A DNA stretch of 64,000 nucleotides from Eledone cirrhosa (Eukaryota), in contig OZ024741.1 of the NCBI GenBank assembly GCA_964016885.1, positions 153,760,001 to 153,824,000 on the forward strand, written 5' to 3'. Each line of letters starts with the position of its first letter. Within the stretch, counting starts at the first letter, position 1. Shown piece by piece: positions 1 to 12,842 of the stretch. A program made the position numbers and the translations under genes. The notes under the pieces were generated by a model, which saw nothing but the letters and a program-made list of their open reading frames with translations, did not search any database and was not told the origin of the DNA.

Positions 1-696
1 AGTGGTGTCCAGCTGAAGCAAGGGGGATAATTGTCTATGCATTTCAAACTTAAATGGTTCTCATCAGGACAATGTTCCCCTTTTTCTACTGCTGGACTTT
101 GAGACATACAAAATTCACAGACATATTTGTATACAGCTATGTCGAAGTTAAATTCTAATATGTATATATATATATATATACACTATCAAGGGTGGTGCCC
201 AGCATGGCCTCAGCCAGATGGCTGGAACAGGTAAAAGAGTAAAAGAGTATAGTTTCCATGAAAATCTGAACTGCAGAACCAGCATACAACTTACCTACTG
301 AACTTAAAACACTTCAATAAATGTTATGTAAAACAAGTGAAATTTATACAAGTATTATTGTGTGTGTGTGTATGATTGTATATGTATGTGTGAGTTTGTG
401 TATACCTTTGAATTTAACAATGAAGTAATTTGTCCTGCTTGTTTCTTTTCAGTTTCTGAGTTCTTAACTTTTATCAGTGCTGGTTTGTTGTATAGTCTTC
501 CTGTAGACACAGACCATTAAACATGGGATCAGCAAGTGTGGAGGTATTGTACCATTGTCTCAATGCACGATATTACATTCAATGCATGATTACCAAAGAT
601 CTCCCTAGTTGTATACCTGCATGTCATTTTTATCCCTTTTCCTAGTAATTCCTATAACCCCAAATTTAATAACACACATCTGCAAACTAGTTCTGA

Positions 697-1062
697 TTAA
701 CACTTAACATCCTGTAACACATGAAACCATATTAGCAGGACATTCTTGAAAAGTATAAAACATTGCTATGACTGCATTTAATTAAAAATTAAAGTTTTTA
801 CTCTAATACTGCAATGTTTTCACCACAATCTGTCCACTAGTAAAGATATTATAATCATTTGAATTTATAAATCACATGAAACCACATTAGCAAGACATTC
901 TTGAAAAATATATAGCAGCACTATGACTGCATCACATTAAAGATTAAAGTCTTTACTTTAGTTTACTGCAAATTTTCACAATGATCTGTCCACTAGTAAA
1001 GATACTTTAAACATTTTAATTAATAAACCCGCGTTTAGATATTTTCTGGTAAATTATTACAT
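697..1062 (+). mobile_element. TTAA-flanked MITE family D (other copies about 15480-15788 and 18376-18540)
   Basis: Termini TTAAcacttaacatcctgtaa and ttacaggatgttaaaagTTAA (18520-18540) are inverted repeats. The shared internal sequence is tandemly duplicated in this copy. Confidence 0.7.
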
Positions 1063-2030
1063 TGTATTGTGATTTGTTAGTTACATTGCATTAATTATTA
1101 TTACTACTATTACTATAACTACTAATGCTATTAATATTGTAATTGTTGTTGATTTTGTGTGATAATCATTAATCAGTTATAATTTTGTTTGTGAAGTTAA
1201 GGGCCGAAACATTTGCTTGAGTGGGGTTTCTTCTCTGAAAACCTTCTGCTGTCCAGCTCTCCTGAGAGTTTCTTACCATATTGTTTTTTAACTGTTTGGC
1301 TGTTCAAAACATACTGATATGTCTTTTAGCTTCCACCTCATGTGTGCCAAAGGTGTACTGGTACATCCTTTACCTCCCATACTGATATGTCTTTTAGCTT
1401 CTACCTCATGTGTGCTAAAGGTGTACTGGTACATCTTTTATCTCCCATACAGATATGATTTTAGCTTCCACTCCTTATTTGCCAAAGACATACTGGTATG
1501 TTTATGAAGCACTGTGCCAGACAAAGTAAATAAAGTAAATTTGATCAAAATATTGCCTTTATTTTTTTTTTGACAATTTCTTTTTTTTTTTAGAATAATA
1601 AAAAAAAATTAACAATTAACCTCAGCCTGGGGCAGTAGAATACCAAAAATGGCACTGTCACTCAAGAGTTAATTGTGATGCTGTAAAAAATCCCAAATCT
1701 TTTAAAATATTTTTTTGCTGAAATATTTCTTTTCAACAAAAATTAAAATTTGTCATTAATTTGATTTTAAACATTAAAAAGAATGAAACAGTTAAAAAAG
1801 AATTGTAACCTTTTTACATTAAACATTTGGAAGAGTTTGGGTTCATTATTATTAAAATAAATATAATCACCATCACCATCATAATCATCATCACCTCCCC
1901 CCTCACCACCATCATCATTATTACAATCATCACAATGATAAGGACATTCATTTTCTCATTAATGTACCTCCCCATGTGTTTTACCATCAATACTTGGCCT
2001 TTAGGTGCCTATAGGAGAGTCCACTATGTT

Positions 2031-2284
2031 TTAACTCTTTCATCACCATATTTCTAATGAAAGACAATGTTCATTCATGGTTTTCAAATAAATTTGAAAG
2101 TAATCAATGAAGGTATTTGGTAATGTAACTAACTTTCCATTAAGTTGGTGTTTGGAACGTAATTTAGCTAAGGTTCTTATATAAAATTATGATGAAAGTT
2201 TTTTAAATACAAACACTTTAAAACAAATAGTTTTATATCCAAGAACCACAGCAGTTTCAGGTCGCACGGTATCAAAACGGTTAC
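2031..2284 (+). mobile_element. TTAA-flanked MITE family A, piggyBac-like, 15 or more copies. Others: about 7340-7435, 9850-10010(-), 13190-13398, 19841-20280(-), 25150-25390, 33740-33910, 37207-37429, 37614-37913, 38601-38783(-), 39411-39850(-), 45390-45608(-), 46110-46315, 49970-50204, 57120-57262(-), 57426-57689(-)
   Basis: Recurring ~250-300 bp AT-rich element, TTAAcccttt..ccatatttct...gggatttagtaa...ttcttacataaaattatgatggaagg...atcaaaagggTTAA. No ORF. Confidence 0.8.
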
Positions 2285-2504
2285 ACATTTAGACATAATT
2301 TCCAGTTTAAGGATTCTTTTCTTAACCCCCTCCTCCCAACCAGTCTTGTAGGCACTGAAAGGGTCATGGGGTACTACCTGATATCTCATCTGTAAAGTTC
2401 AATATTATTAGGCCTTACTTCATCTTCCATCTTACGTTTGTCTTTCTCCTGGTTCCTGGCACACTTTTCATCCCACGTGTTGGAGGTGGGTATCCATTTT
2501 CCTT

Positions 2505-5500
2505 ACACATCCCTAACATCACAACACATCCATACCATCACAACACATCCATAACATCACAACACATCCATAACATCACAACATATCCATACCATCACAA
2601 CATATCCCTAACATCACAACACATCCCTAACATCACAACACATCCATACCATCACAACATATCCATACTATCACAACTTATCCATACCATCACAACACAT
2701 CCCTAACATCACAACACATCCCTAACATCACAACATATCCATACCATCACAACATATCCATACCATCACAACATATCCATAACATCACAACACATCCATA
2801 ACATCACAACACATCCATAACATCACAACACATCCATACCATCACAACATATCCATACCATCACAACATATCCATACCATCACAACATATTCCATACCAT
2901 CACAACACATCCATAACATCACAACATATCCGTACTATCACAACATATCCATACCATCACAACACATCCATACTATCACAACACATCCATACATCTCCAA
3001 CACATCCATACCATCACAACATATCCCTAACATCACAACACATCCTTAACATCACAACATATCCATACCATCACAAAACATCCCTACCATCACAACATAT
3101 CCATACCATCACAACACATCCATACCATCACAACACATCCCTACCAACACAACATATCCATACCATCACAACACATCCATACCACCACAACACATCCATA
3201 ACATCACAACACATCCATACCATCACAACATATCCATACCATCACTACACATTCATACCATCACAACATATCCCTAACATCACAACACATCCCTAACATC
3301 ACAACACATCCCTACCATTACAACACATCCATACCATCACAACACATCCATAACATCACAACACATCCATACCATCACAAAACATCACTAACATCACAAC
3401 ACAGCCCTAACATCACAACATATCCATACAATAACAACATATCCATACCATCACAACACATCCATACAATCACAACACATCCCTAACATCACAACATATC
3501 CATACCATCACAACACATCCCTAACAGCACAAGACATCCCTAACATCACATCACAACACATCCATACCATCACAACATATCCCTAACATCACAACACATC
3601 CCCAACAGCACAACACATCCCTAACATCACAACACATCCATACCATCACAACATATCCCTAACATCACAACACATCCCTAACAGCACAACACATCCCTAA
3701 CATCACAACACATTCATACCATCACAACATATCCCTAACATCACAACACATCCTTACCATCACAACACATCTCTAACATCACAATACATCCCTAACATCA
3801 CAACACATCCATACCATCACAACACATCCATACCATCACAACACACACATACCATCACAACACATCCATACCATCACAACACACCCATACCATCACAACA
3901 TACCCATACCATCACAACACATCACTTCCATCACAACATATCCCTAACATCACAACATATCCCTAACATCACAACATATCCATACCATCACAACACACCC
4001 ATACCATAACTAACATCACTACATATCCATACCATCACAACACACCCATACCATCACAACACATCACTAACATCACAACACATCCCTAACATCACAACAC
4101 ATCACTAACATCACAACACATCCCTAACAGCACAACATATCCATACTATCACAACACATTCATACCATCACAACATATGCATACCACCACAACACATTCA
4201 TAACATCACAACACATCCATACTATCACAACACATCTCTAACATCACAATACATCCCTAACATCACAACATATCCATACCATCACAACATATCCCTAACA
4301 TCACAACACATCCATACCATCAAAACACATCCATACCATCACAACATACCCATACCATCACAACACACCCATACCATCACAACACATCACTTCCATCACA
4401 ACACATCCCTAACATCACAACATATCCATACCATCACAACACACCCATACCATCACAACATATCCATATCATCACAACACATCCATACCATCACAACATA
4501 TGCATACCATCACAACATATGTATACCATCACAACACATCCATACCACCACAACACATCCATACCACCACAACACATCCATAACATCACAACACATCCAT
4601 ACCATCACAACACATCCCTAACATCACAACACATCCATAACATCGCAACACATCCCTAACATCACAACACATCCATACCATCACAACACATCCCTAACAT
4701 CACAACATCCATACCATCACAACATATCCCTAACATTACAACACATCCATAACATTACAACACATCCATAACATCGCAACACATCCATACCATCACAACA
4801 TATCCATACCATCACAACATATCCATACCATCACAACACATCCATACCATCACAACACATCCCTAACATCACAACGCATCCATACGATCACAACATATCC
4901 ATACCATCACAACATACCCATACCATCACAACACATCCCTAACATCACAACATATCCATACCATTACAACACACCCATACCATCACAACATATCCCTAAC
5001 ATCACAACACATCCATACCATCACAACACATCCCTAACAGCACAACACATCCATACCATCACAACACATCCATACCATCACAACATATGCATACCATCAC
5101 AACACATCCATAACATCACAACACATCCATAACATCACAACACATCCATAACATCACAACACATCCATACCATCACAACACATCCCTAATATCACAACAC
5201 ATCCATACCATGATAACACACCCATACCATCACAACACATCCATACCATCACAATACATCCCTAACATCGCAACAAATCCATAACATTGCAACATATCCA
5301 TACCATCACAACACATCCATACCATGATAACACACCCATACCATCACAACATATCCCTAACATCACAACACATCCATACTATGATAACACACCCATACCA
5401 TCACAACATATCCCTAACATCACAACACATCCATACCATGATAACACACCCATACCATCACAACACACCCATACCATCACAACACATCCATACCATCACA

Positions 5501-6066
5501 ACACACCCATACCATGATAACACACCCATACCATCACAACACATTCATACCATCACAACACATCCATACCATCACAACATATCCATACCATGATAACACA
5601 CCCATACCATCACAACACATCCATACCATCACAACACATCCATACCATCACAACACATCCATACCATCACAACACACCCATACCATGATAACACACCCAT
5701 ACCATGATAACACACCCATACCATCACAACACATCCATACCATCACAACACACCCATACCATCACAACACATTCATACCATCACAACACATCCATACCAT
5801 CACAACACACCCATACCAGCACAACACATTCATACCATCACACACATCCATACCATCACAACGCATCCATACCATCACAACGTATCCATACCATCACAAC
5901 GTATCCATACCATCACAATGCATCCATACCATCACAACGCATCCATACCATCACAACGCACCCATACCATCACAACGCATTCATACCATCACAACGCATC
6001 CATACCATCACGACACATCCATACCATGATAACACATCCATACCATCACAACACATCCATACCACC
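2505..6066. repeat. 19-bp minisatellite (consensus ATCACAACACATCCATACC), about 3.5 kb
   Basis: Direct tandem periodicity; the + strand is almost free of G. Explains the His/Thr/Pro-rich ORFs at 5287-6072. Confidence 0.97.
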
Positions 6067-6120
6067 AGTTAGTTTCTTTAATGTTTAATTGCTTTATCAA
6101 TCAGCTTGTACTTTGTTTTT

Positions 6121-6418
6121 CACCATCATCATCACTACCATTGCCACCACCATCATCACTACCATCGCCGCCACCATCACACTACCATTGCCACCACCAT
6201 CACACTACCATTGTCACCACCATCATCACTACCATCGCCACCACCATCACACTACCATTGTCACCATCATCACTACCATCACCACTATGATCCTTACAAC
6301 TACCAGCGAGACCATCAACACCACCACCATCATCACCACAACCATCGCCATCATCATCACCATTACCTCTGTGATCACTACCATTGCCACCATCATCATC
6401 TCCACTACCATTGCCACC
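6121..6418. repeat. Degenerate (CAC/CAT)n low-complexity tract
   Basis: caccatcatcac-type repeats with internal ~20-60 bp duplications. Confidence 0.9.
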
Positions 6419-6560
6419 TTTGTATATTATTTTCTGTGGTTTCTCCACTTGAAAACTCTGTAACACTCATTTTGGAGACAGGTGTAATAAATAGATAGGC
6501 TGAGAGATAGGTAAATAGAAAGGCAGATAGTGAATGTGTCTGTGAAACGTATACATATCC

Positions 6561-6622
6561 CCGTCCAAACCCATGCAAGCGTGGGACATGGACGTTAAAC
6601 GATGATGATGATGATGATGATG
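6561..6622 (+). mobile_element. Isolated RTE-type 3' terminus with (GAT)n tail
   Basis: ccgtccaaacccatgcaagcgtgggacatggacgttaaac(gat)n matches the 3' ends of the LINEs at 32760-32812 and 44148-44196. Confidence 0.8.
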
Positions 6623-6754
6623 CACCAGGTACGAACACAAATGAACCAAACTCCCTCTGTCAGTGCCTCCATGTCTCCCACTCTCTCCATCTCTCACTAT
6701 TATGAAAAAAATGGGGGACCATGCGCTGGCCACCCTGTGGCCCTGGCTGACTGG

Positions 6755-6982
6755 TCACCCCACGGCACTGGTGGACTGATTAGAGACGGCGTTTCCCTGG
6801 AGGATGGTGAGGGAGACGTACTGGAAGAGCCATTCCAGCTTGCGAGACTCACACGTGCAGGTAGTCAACTTTGTAACGATGACGGTGAGTAGGGAGGTGG
6901 CCCTAGGGCCAAGGACACCAGAAGTCTCTACTGCTATGGCCTTGACTGCAGACCTGTCAGAGAGTGACCGATATTTGGAGAG
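6755..6982 (-). mobile_element. 3' fragment of a CRE-like (restriction-like endonuclease) non-LTR retrotransposon
   Basis: Minus-strand translation LSKYRSLSDRSAVKAIAVETSGVLGPRATSLL...LEWLFQYVSLTILQGNAVS...*. Fits the KY..L / AVETxG / LFQxxSxxIxxGNA C-terminal pattern of CRE-clade ORFs. Confidence 0.7.
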
Positions 6983-7559
6983 TTAACAGAAATTTACATC
7001 TTTTTGGTTGATTTTGTTTTTTAACGATTTCATGTATAGAAAGTATGCTGTTGCTTATTATATGTTGAATATCAAGGTGATGATGATGATAATATAGGTC
7101 AAAGTAGAATTTAGTCTTTCAATTAATGTATTGTTGTGTAGCAGTGACAATGCTACTTCTATTTCTAGGAAACTTATCTCAAATCTGCTTCTAGATTTTT
7201 GTAACTTTTAGTAACTTTCCGTTAGAAAAGGTTAATTTTTAATACAAAAGATGCTACTGTTAGGAGCCAGTTAGAAACTGACCAGACTTTATTCACTAAT
7301 TCTATATATTCTTCAATTTTCTTCTTTTTTGTATCTTGTTGAAAGTTTTTAGATAAATATATACCTTTTAAAACAAACAGTTTTGTATTGCAGAACCAAG
7401 GATGGATTCAGGTGGTTTGATATCAAAAGGGTTAGGGACGTGGAATACTCAACCACTATTACATTAATTTAATAAATAGACTGCTTTGATGATTGTACAG
7501 TTGGCATCATCGTCAAATACATCAGAAATTCATTCACTGTTTTATAAGATTGACTTTAG

Positions 7560-7880
7560 CAGGTAAGGTGACAAATTTGTAAAGATATTTGAATGCTTTG
7601 GGGTATTTGTTTCAGCTTTCTGTGCCCTGAGTTCAAAACCTGCTGATGTTAACTTTGCCTTTCTTTCGAAGTTGATAAAATAAGTACCAGTCCAGTATTT
7701 GGGTTGATTCTTCTTCTATATCTCTTTCTTAATTTGTCTCTATCACTCTCTTCCTCTCCTTCTCTGGGAGATATTGGCTGTGCTCAGACATTGAAAAGGG
7801 ATGGGCCCCGGCAGGTTTAAAATGTCCAAGATGTCACGATGGCACCCATACATACATAGTAGATTAATAACCCCTGAACA
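7560..7880 (+). mobile_element. SINE family 2: same head/core as family 1, different 3' part. Other copies about 17100-17420(-), 19000-19270(-), 22090-22290, 27030-27295, 48860-49150(-)
   Basis: The core ctttgcctttc..gttgataaaataagtaccagtccagta is followed by a CT-rich tract and gagaaattggctgtg.tcagac..gga..agg.tttaaaatgtcc in all copies. Confidence 0.7.
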
Positions 7881-8466
7881 TTAACACAAAGAAAAACTTA
7901 TTTTAAATAATGCATTTAAACAGCATGCTTTAGATAAAATATTAGCAGAAAATGTAAGCTACAATCCAGTATTTGATATCGTCATTATTAGTTGTTTCAT
8001 CCTAGTATGTTCCAGGCTCATCGATAGGCTTTGGTGGCTGGACTTTTGAACATTCTGAGTGGGCACTGTAATACGTTAAGGAATTTTTTACCAGCTTCTT
8101 TGGTTAGCTATTTAAAAAAAAAATTATTTTTGTTCTTCTTGTTTTAAAAAGAAAAGTCAGTAAAGTGAAGACTTCAAAGAACTTATTTCAGGGCAATTTT
8201 TATAAACTCTATTCTAAATCTGAGAGTGTACCATTGAAAAGTAAGGGGCAGTGCCATCCAGTGCCTGCTTTGGTAATGGGCCCAGTATAATGTTTTGTGT
8301 TATAAATGTTGACTTTAGTTTTCCCTTTTTTGCTATTGATAAAATAAATATCAATATATTATGATCATTGATCATGTGTCAGAAGAAATCAATAGTATTT
8401 AGTTATTGAAGTTTGAATTCTACACCAGTTTTCAATGATTAAAACAAAACATAATATATCGGCATG

Positions 8467-9530
8467 AATGGACTCTGTTAAAGATATCCAAGGGACAGGT
8501 GGTGGTATTAAACTGGACAACAGAATGGACTTTAATAAAGGTATCTAAAGGCCAGGTGGTGGTATTAAACTGGACAACAGAATGGACTTTAATAAAGGTA
8601 TCTAAAGGCCAGGTGGTGGTATTAAACTGGACAACAGAATGGACTTTAATAAAGGTATCTAAAGGCCAGGTGGTGGTATTAAACTGGACAACAGAATGGA
8701 CTTTAATAAAGGTACTTAAGGATCAGGTGGTGGTATTAAACTGGACAACAGAATGGACTTTAATAAAGGTATCTAAAGGCCAGGTGGTGGTATTAAACTG
8801 GACAACAGAATGGACTTTAATAAAGGTACTTAAGGATCAGGTGGTGGTATTAAACTGGACAACAGAATGGACTTTAATAAAGGTACTTAAGGATCAGGTG
8901 GTGGTATTAAACTGGACAACAGAATGGACTTTAATAAAGGTATCTAAAGGCCAGGTGGTGGTATTAAACTGGACAACAGAATGGACTCTACTAAAGGTAT
9001 CTAAAGGCCAGGTGGTGGTATTAAACTGGACAACAGAATGGACTTTGTTAAAGGTACCTAAGGGCCATGGTATTAAACTGGACAACAGAATGGACTTTGT
9101 TAAAGGTACCTAAGGGCCAGGTGGTGGTATTAAACTGGACAACAGAATGGACTTTGTTAAAGGTACCTAAGGGCCGTGGTATTAAACTGGACAACAGAAT
9201 GGACTTTGTTAAAGGTACCTAAGGGCCAGGTGGTGGTATTAAACTGGACAACAGAATGGACTTTGTTAAAGGTACCTAAGGGCCGTGGTATTAAACTGGA
9301 CAACAGAATGGACTTTGTTAAAGGTACCTAAGGGCCAGGTGGTGGTATTAAACTGGGCATAGAATGGACTCTGCTAAAGGTACCCAAGAGACAGGTGGTG
9401 GTATTTAACTGGTCAACAGAATGGACTTTGCTAAAGGTATCTAAAGGCCAGGTGGTGGTATTAAACTGGGCATAGAATGGACTCTGCTAAAGGTACCCAA
9501 GAGACAGGTGGTTGTGTTAAACTGGGTAAC
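8467..9530. repeat. 57-bp minisatellite, about 18 copies (some 52-bp variants)
   Basis: Unit caggtggtggtattaaactggacaacagaatggactttaataaaggtatctaaaggc. Gives the 19-aa repeat ORF 8499-9113. Confidence 0.97.
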
Positions 9531-10874
9531 TGATTAAGTTTATCACTCATGTGTATTTGCAAATTTTAGTCTACTTTTTCCTGATATTTAAAAAAAACAA
9601 CTAATCTTGTATATTATAATTGGCTGATGAGAAATAACTGGTCTTATAACATTTGGCATTTTTAATATTAATGTTAATAAGTCTCTTGAATAACTTAAGA
9701 ATGTCTTTGGTAATATATAGGTTAGAATACAAATTTGCTATGAGTATATGGATTATTTTAGTAACTCTTTTGATATCAACTTGCCTGAATTTGTCTCTGG
9801 TTATATGATACAATACTGCTTGTTTTAAAGTGTTTTTATTTATTTAAAACATTTGTGTCATCATTTTATGTAAGAACCTTTGTTAAGCTATGTTCCAAAC
9901 GTGCTTAATAATGAAAAATTTATATTACTAAATCTATCGAAATTCTTGATTATTTTCAAAATTATTTGAAAATAAGTCTTTCATTAGAAATATGATAACA
10001 AAAGGGTTAATCTTATTTATATTGGATTGTAGACATAATCCATTGCTCAGTTCAACACCATTATCACTTAGTCCTTGGGTACTTTTAACAGTCCACTTTG
10101 TTGTAAACATTTACATAAAGTTTTTAGTTTCAAGATACTTTCCTTCTTCTCTCATTAGTCTCAAGGACCCTAAAAATGGTCATTAGCACAGCCCATCACT
10201 CCCTGACTAAACAGCAGAAAAAACATGTGTTCTTGGTGAAAACAGTTTTAACTCCTAATGCAAGCTATTTCACTTTAACATCACTAATCATAATCTTTTT
10301 ATGTCTGATTTTCCAAGCTTGCATGGGTTGGATAGGTCTTTGCCAGCATAGCTTCTCTCCACCTACTTTATCATCTCCTCCATCAGATTCAGTGTTTTGA
10401 GATCTGTTCCCACCATTTCTGCTCAGGTATTCCTTGGCTTTCTTCCACTGGAAACTCCTGGCACTTCTTCACACAATAATCATCCATATACACTGCATGC
10501 ACTCTTCTCTTTTGGATACATTTGATTATTCTTAAACCAAGTTTTTCTCCCAGCCTATCCATGCTTTCCCATACATTTCACACATGAACCTCACAGCTTC
10601 CAAATTGCCCTTGAAATGAAATCATTGTTTTTATCCATTATAGTATACATTTTACAAAAAACTTCTCTGTTTTATGCCCAACTCTTATTAGCAGGGAAAA
10701 CGGACTTTAAATGGTGATGATGATGACTTCTCTATTTCTCTTCTGATAATTATGAGGTATACCATGCCCCCACATCTAATTTCTCTCAACGTTTTCTATG
10801 TCCCAGTTTTACCATTTTAAGGTTGTTGTTTTTTCACTTTAGCTGCAGGGTTTCCATATTTATATTCTATTATT

Positions 10875-11032
10875 TCATGGCTGTGTGGTTACAAAATGTG
10901 CTTATCACCACATGGTTTTGGGTTTGATCCTGTTGTGCAGCACCATAGTAAATGCCATCTGCTATAGCCCCGGACTGACCATTGTCATGTAGGTGGATTT
11001 GGTTGATGGAACCTTTATAGAAGCCTGTCGCG
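10875..11032 (+). mobile_element. Decayed tRNA-type SINE family 3. Related copies about 17985-18135(-), 47650-47805(-), 58670-59010(+), 37450-38000(+, split by a MITE)
   Basis: ggctgtgtggtta...ggtt.gatcc...ctatagcc...gatttggt.gatggaac...gaagcc pattern recurs on both strands. Confidence 0.6.
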
Positions 11033-11249
11033 CGCGTGATATTTTTACACTCATCATATTCAGACTGTGAAAGACTACTTGTATATGTATATATATGTAC
11101 TTCATGCAGAAAGCACCCTCCAGGCATTTTCGTCTCTATTTTTTGTACACACACATATACATAAGTACGTGTACATATATATGTTTGTGGAAAACGGACG
11201 TTAATGATGATGATGATATGTACATGTGTATATGTGTTTGTCCACGTTT

Positions 11250-11712
11250 ATTGTTTGACAATGGCAAGTGGGGAGGTGCGGAAAGATTATCTTCTAGGCA
11301 GGAAGGACTGGTCATCGTAGTTAGTGCGGTGCTCAGAGAAAGGGGGAGGGAGGATACAACGTGGTTGAAGAGAGAAAGAGTGACGAGTGAGTTGGGAGTG
11401 GCTTGAGTAACGATGGCATATGTTCAGCAAGCTCTGAACAGCAGAGACACATATTTGTATTTGTGTGTATATGCATGTAATAGAAAGAAAACACACACAG
11501 ACACATACGGTCAGGTACCCAAACACCCCTTTCTGTATAAAGTGGGACCATCCAGGGAGACTACCTGATATGCTAGAGTTAGCTCCCTTACTGCAGTACA
11601 CGCGCCTCTCTCACCTCGTCGTTATTGTCATCTTCTCCTTCTTGCCTGCTGTCTTTTGTAACTCAACAGACAGACGACTGACTCCCTTCTTTGCCGACTC
11701 ACTTGACAAATT
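11250..11712 (+). promoter_or_regulatory. Putative promoter/5' UTR region for first exon A
   Basis: Locally more GC- and CpG-rich unique sequence with a GA-rich tract, TATAAA at 11536-11541 and a pyrimidine-rich leader before the ATG. The TSS cannot be determined from sequence. Confidence 0.4.
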
Positions 11713-11742
11713 ATGAGTCCTACCGAGCAAAAGGCTGACGGC
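11713..11742 (+). CDS. CORO2: Candidate alternative first coding exon A of coronin (MSPTEQKADG)
   Basis: ATG at 11713 with A at -3 and an in-frame TGA at 11704-11706. Ten codons are followed by a consensus donor GGC|GTAAGT in phase 0, in frame with the acceptor at 29969. The surroundings are non-repetitive and relatively CpG-rich. Confidence 0.7.
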
Positions 11743-12811
11743 GTAAGTTATAATAACTCCTCACTCAATTTCTTCGCTAAATCTCGCCGCAATAATTATT
11801 TATTTGTTTTATAAAACAACTAAAAAACTATGAATCATTCATTGAATTCTATCAGCTTCTCTCTCTTTGCTTGTCTGTCTCTCTTTCTCTCCCTCCCATT
11901 CTTTACCTCTGTTTTTGTCTCTCCCTCCCCCTGTCTGTGTCAGTTTGTCTCTCCCCCCTCTCTCTCCTCTCGTCTTGCCGCATTATCTTATATTATGTCT
12001 TCTTTCTCTTTCATTCCGTTTTGTCTTTTATTTTCTCTGCGTTTCCGCACTTTATTTATCTCGAAGACCAACAAGAAACCGTATGAACAAAATACATTAG
12101 CTGTGTCTCTTTCTTGACTGTTTTGTTTTCATTTAATTTATTTGAGGGTGTTTAATGAAAAAAAAGAAAAAAACAACAACAATAAAAAACAAAACACAAA
12201 AAACATTTGTTGTAGTGGTAGTGTGGAGAATAAATTTATATGAAAAAAAAGTAAACGATAAAAAATAGATATATTAAGTAAAATAAAACGTCTTTTACCA
12301 ATTGAAAATCCTTAATGAATCATATGTGGTGATTATTTTTCACAAACTCCCCTCTTCATGCTGTAATCATGTGTGTGTATATTCATCTATCTATCGTCTG
12401 CCACTGTCCAGGGAAATGGCTAAATCCTTTCATTAAAATATATGATAAATAAATAATTAAGGTCAAAGTTTATCGTTTGTAATGGTCAATTTGCTTGTCA
12501 TTTTCTTTTATTTGATAAAAAAAAACAAAAACATCCCAAAACATTCAAGACTGTGTGTGTATGTGTGCGCGCGCGCCCTTGTTAGCTGGGAAAACGGACG
12601 TTAAATGATGACACACACACACACACATGTATATACAGGCAAATATTCTTTGACTGGCTTCCGTCATTGGATTGTGGCCATGCTGAGGCATATATCTATT
12701 TATTTATTTATATATATATATATATACACACATACACGCACGCACGCATAAAAACAATCACACACACATACATATATTAATAAACATACACACACATACA
12801 TATATTTATAA

Positions 12812-12842
<31 letters not shown>

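Noticed and set aside
5287-6498. His/Thr/Pro-rich and poly-His ORFs
   Set aside because: Translations of the 19-bp satellite and CAC/CAT tract, open in several frames because G is scarce. No splice or homology support.
8499-9113. 204-aa repeat protein (VVVLNWTTEWTLIKVSKGQ)n, or a CRISPR-like array
   Set aside because: The unit is 57 bp, so frame is kept trivially, and later 52-bp units break it. Units are contiguous with no unique spacers and there are no cas genes.
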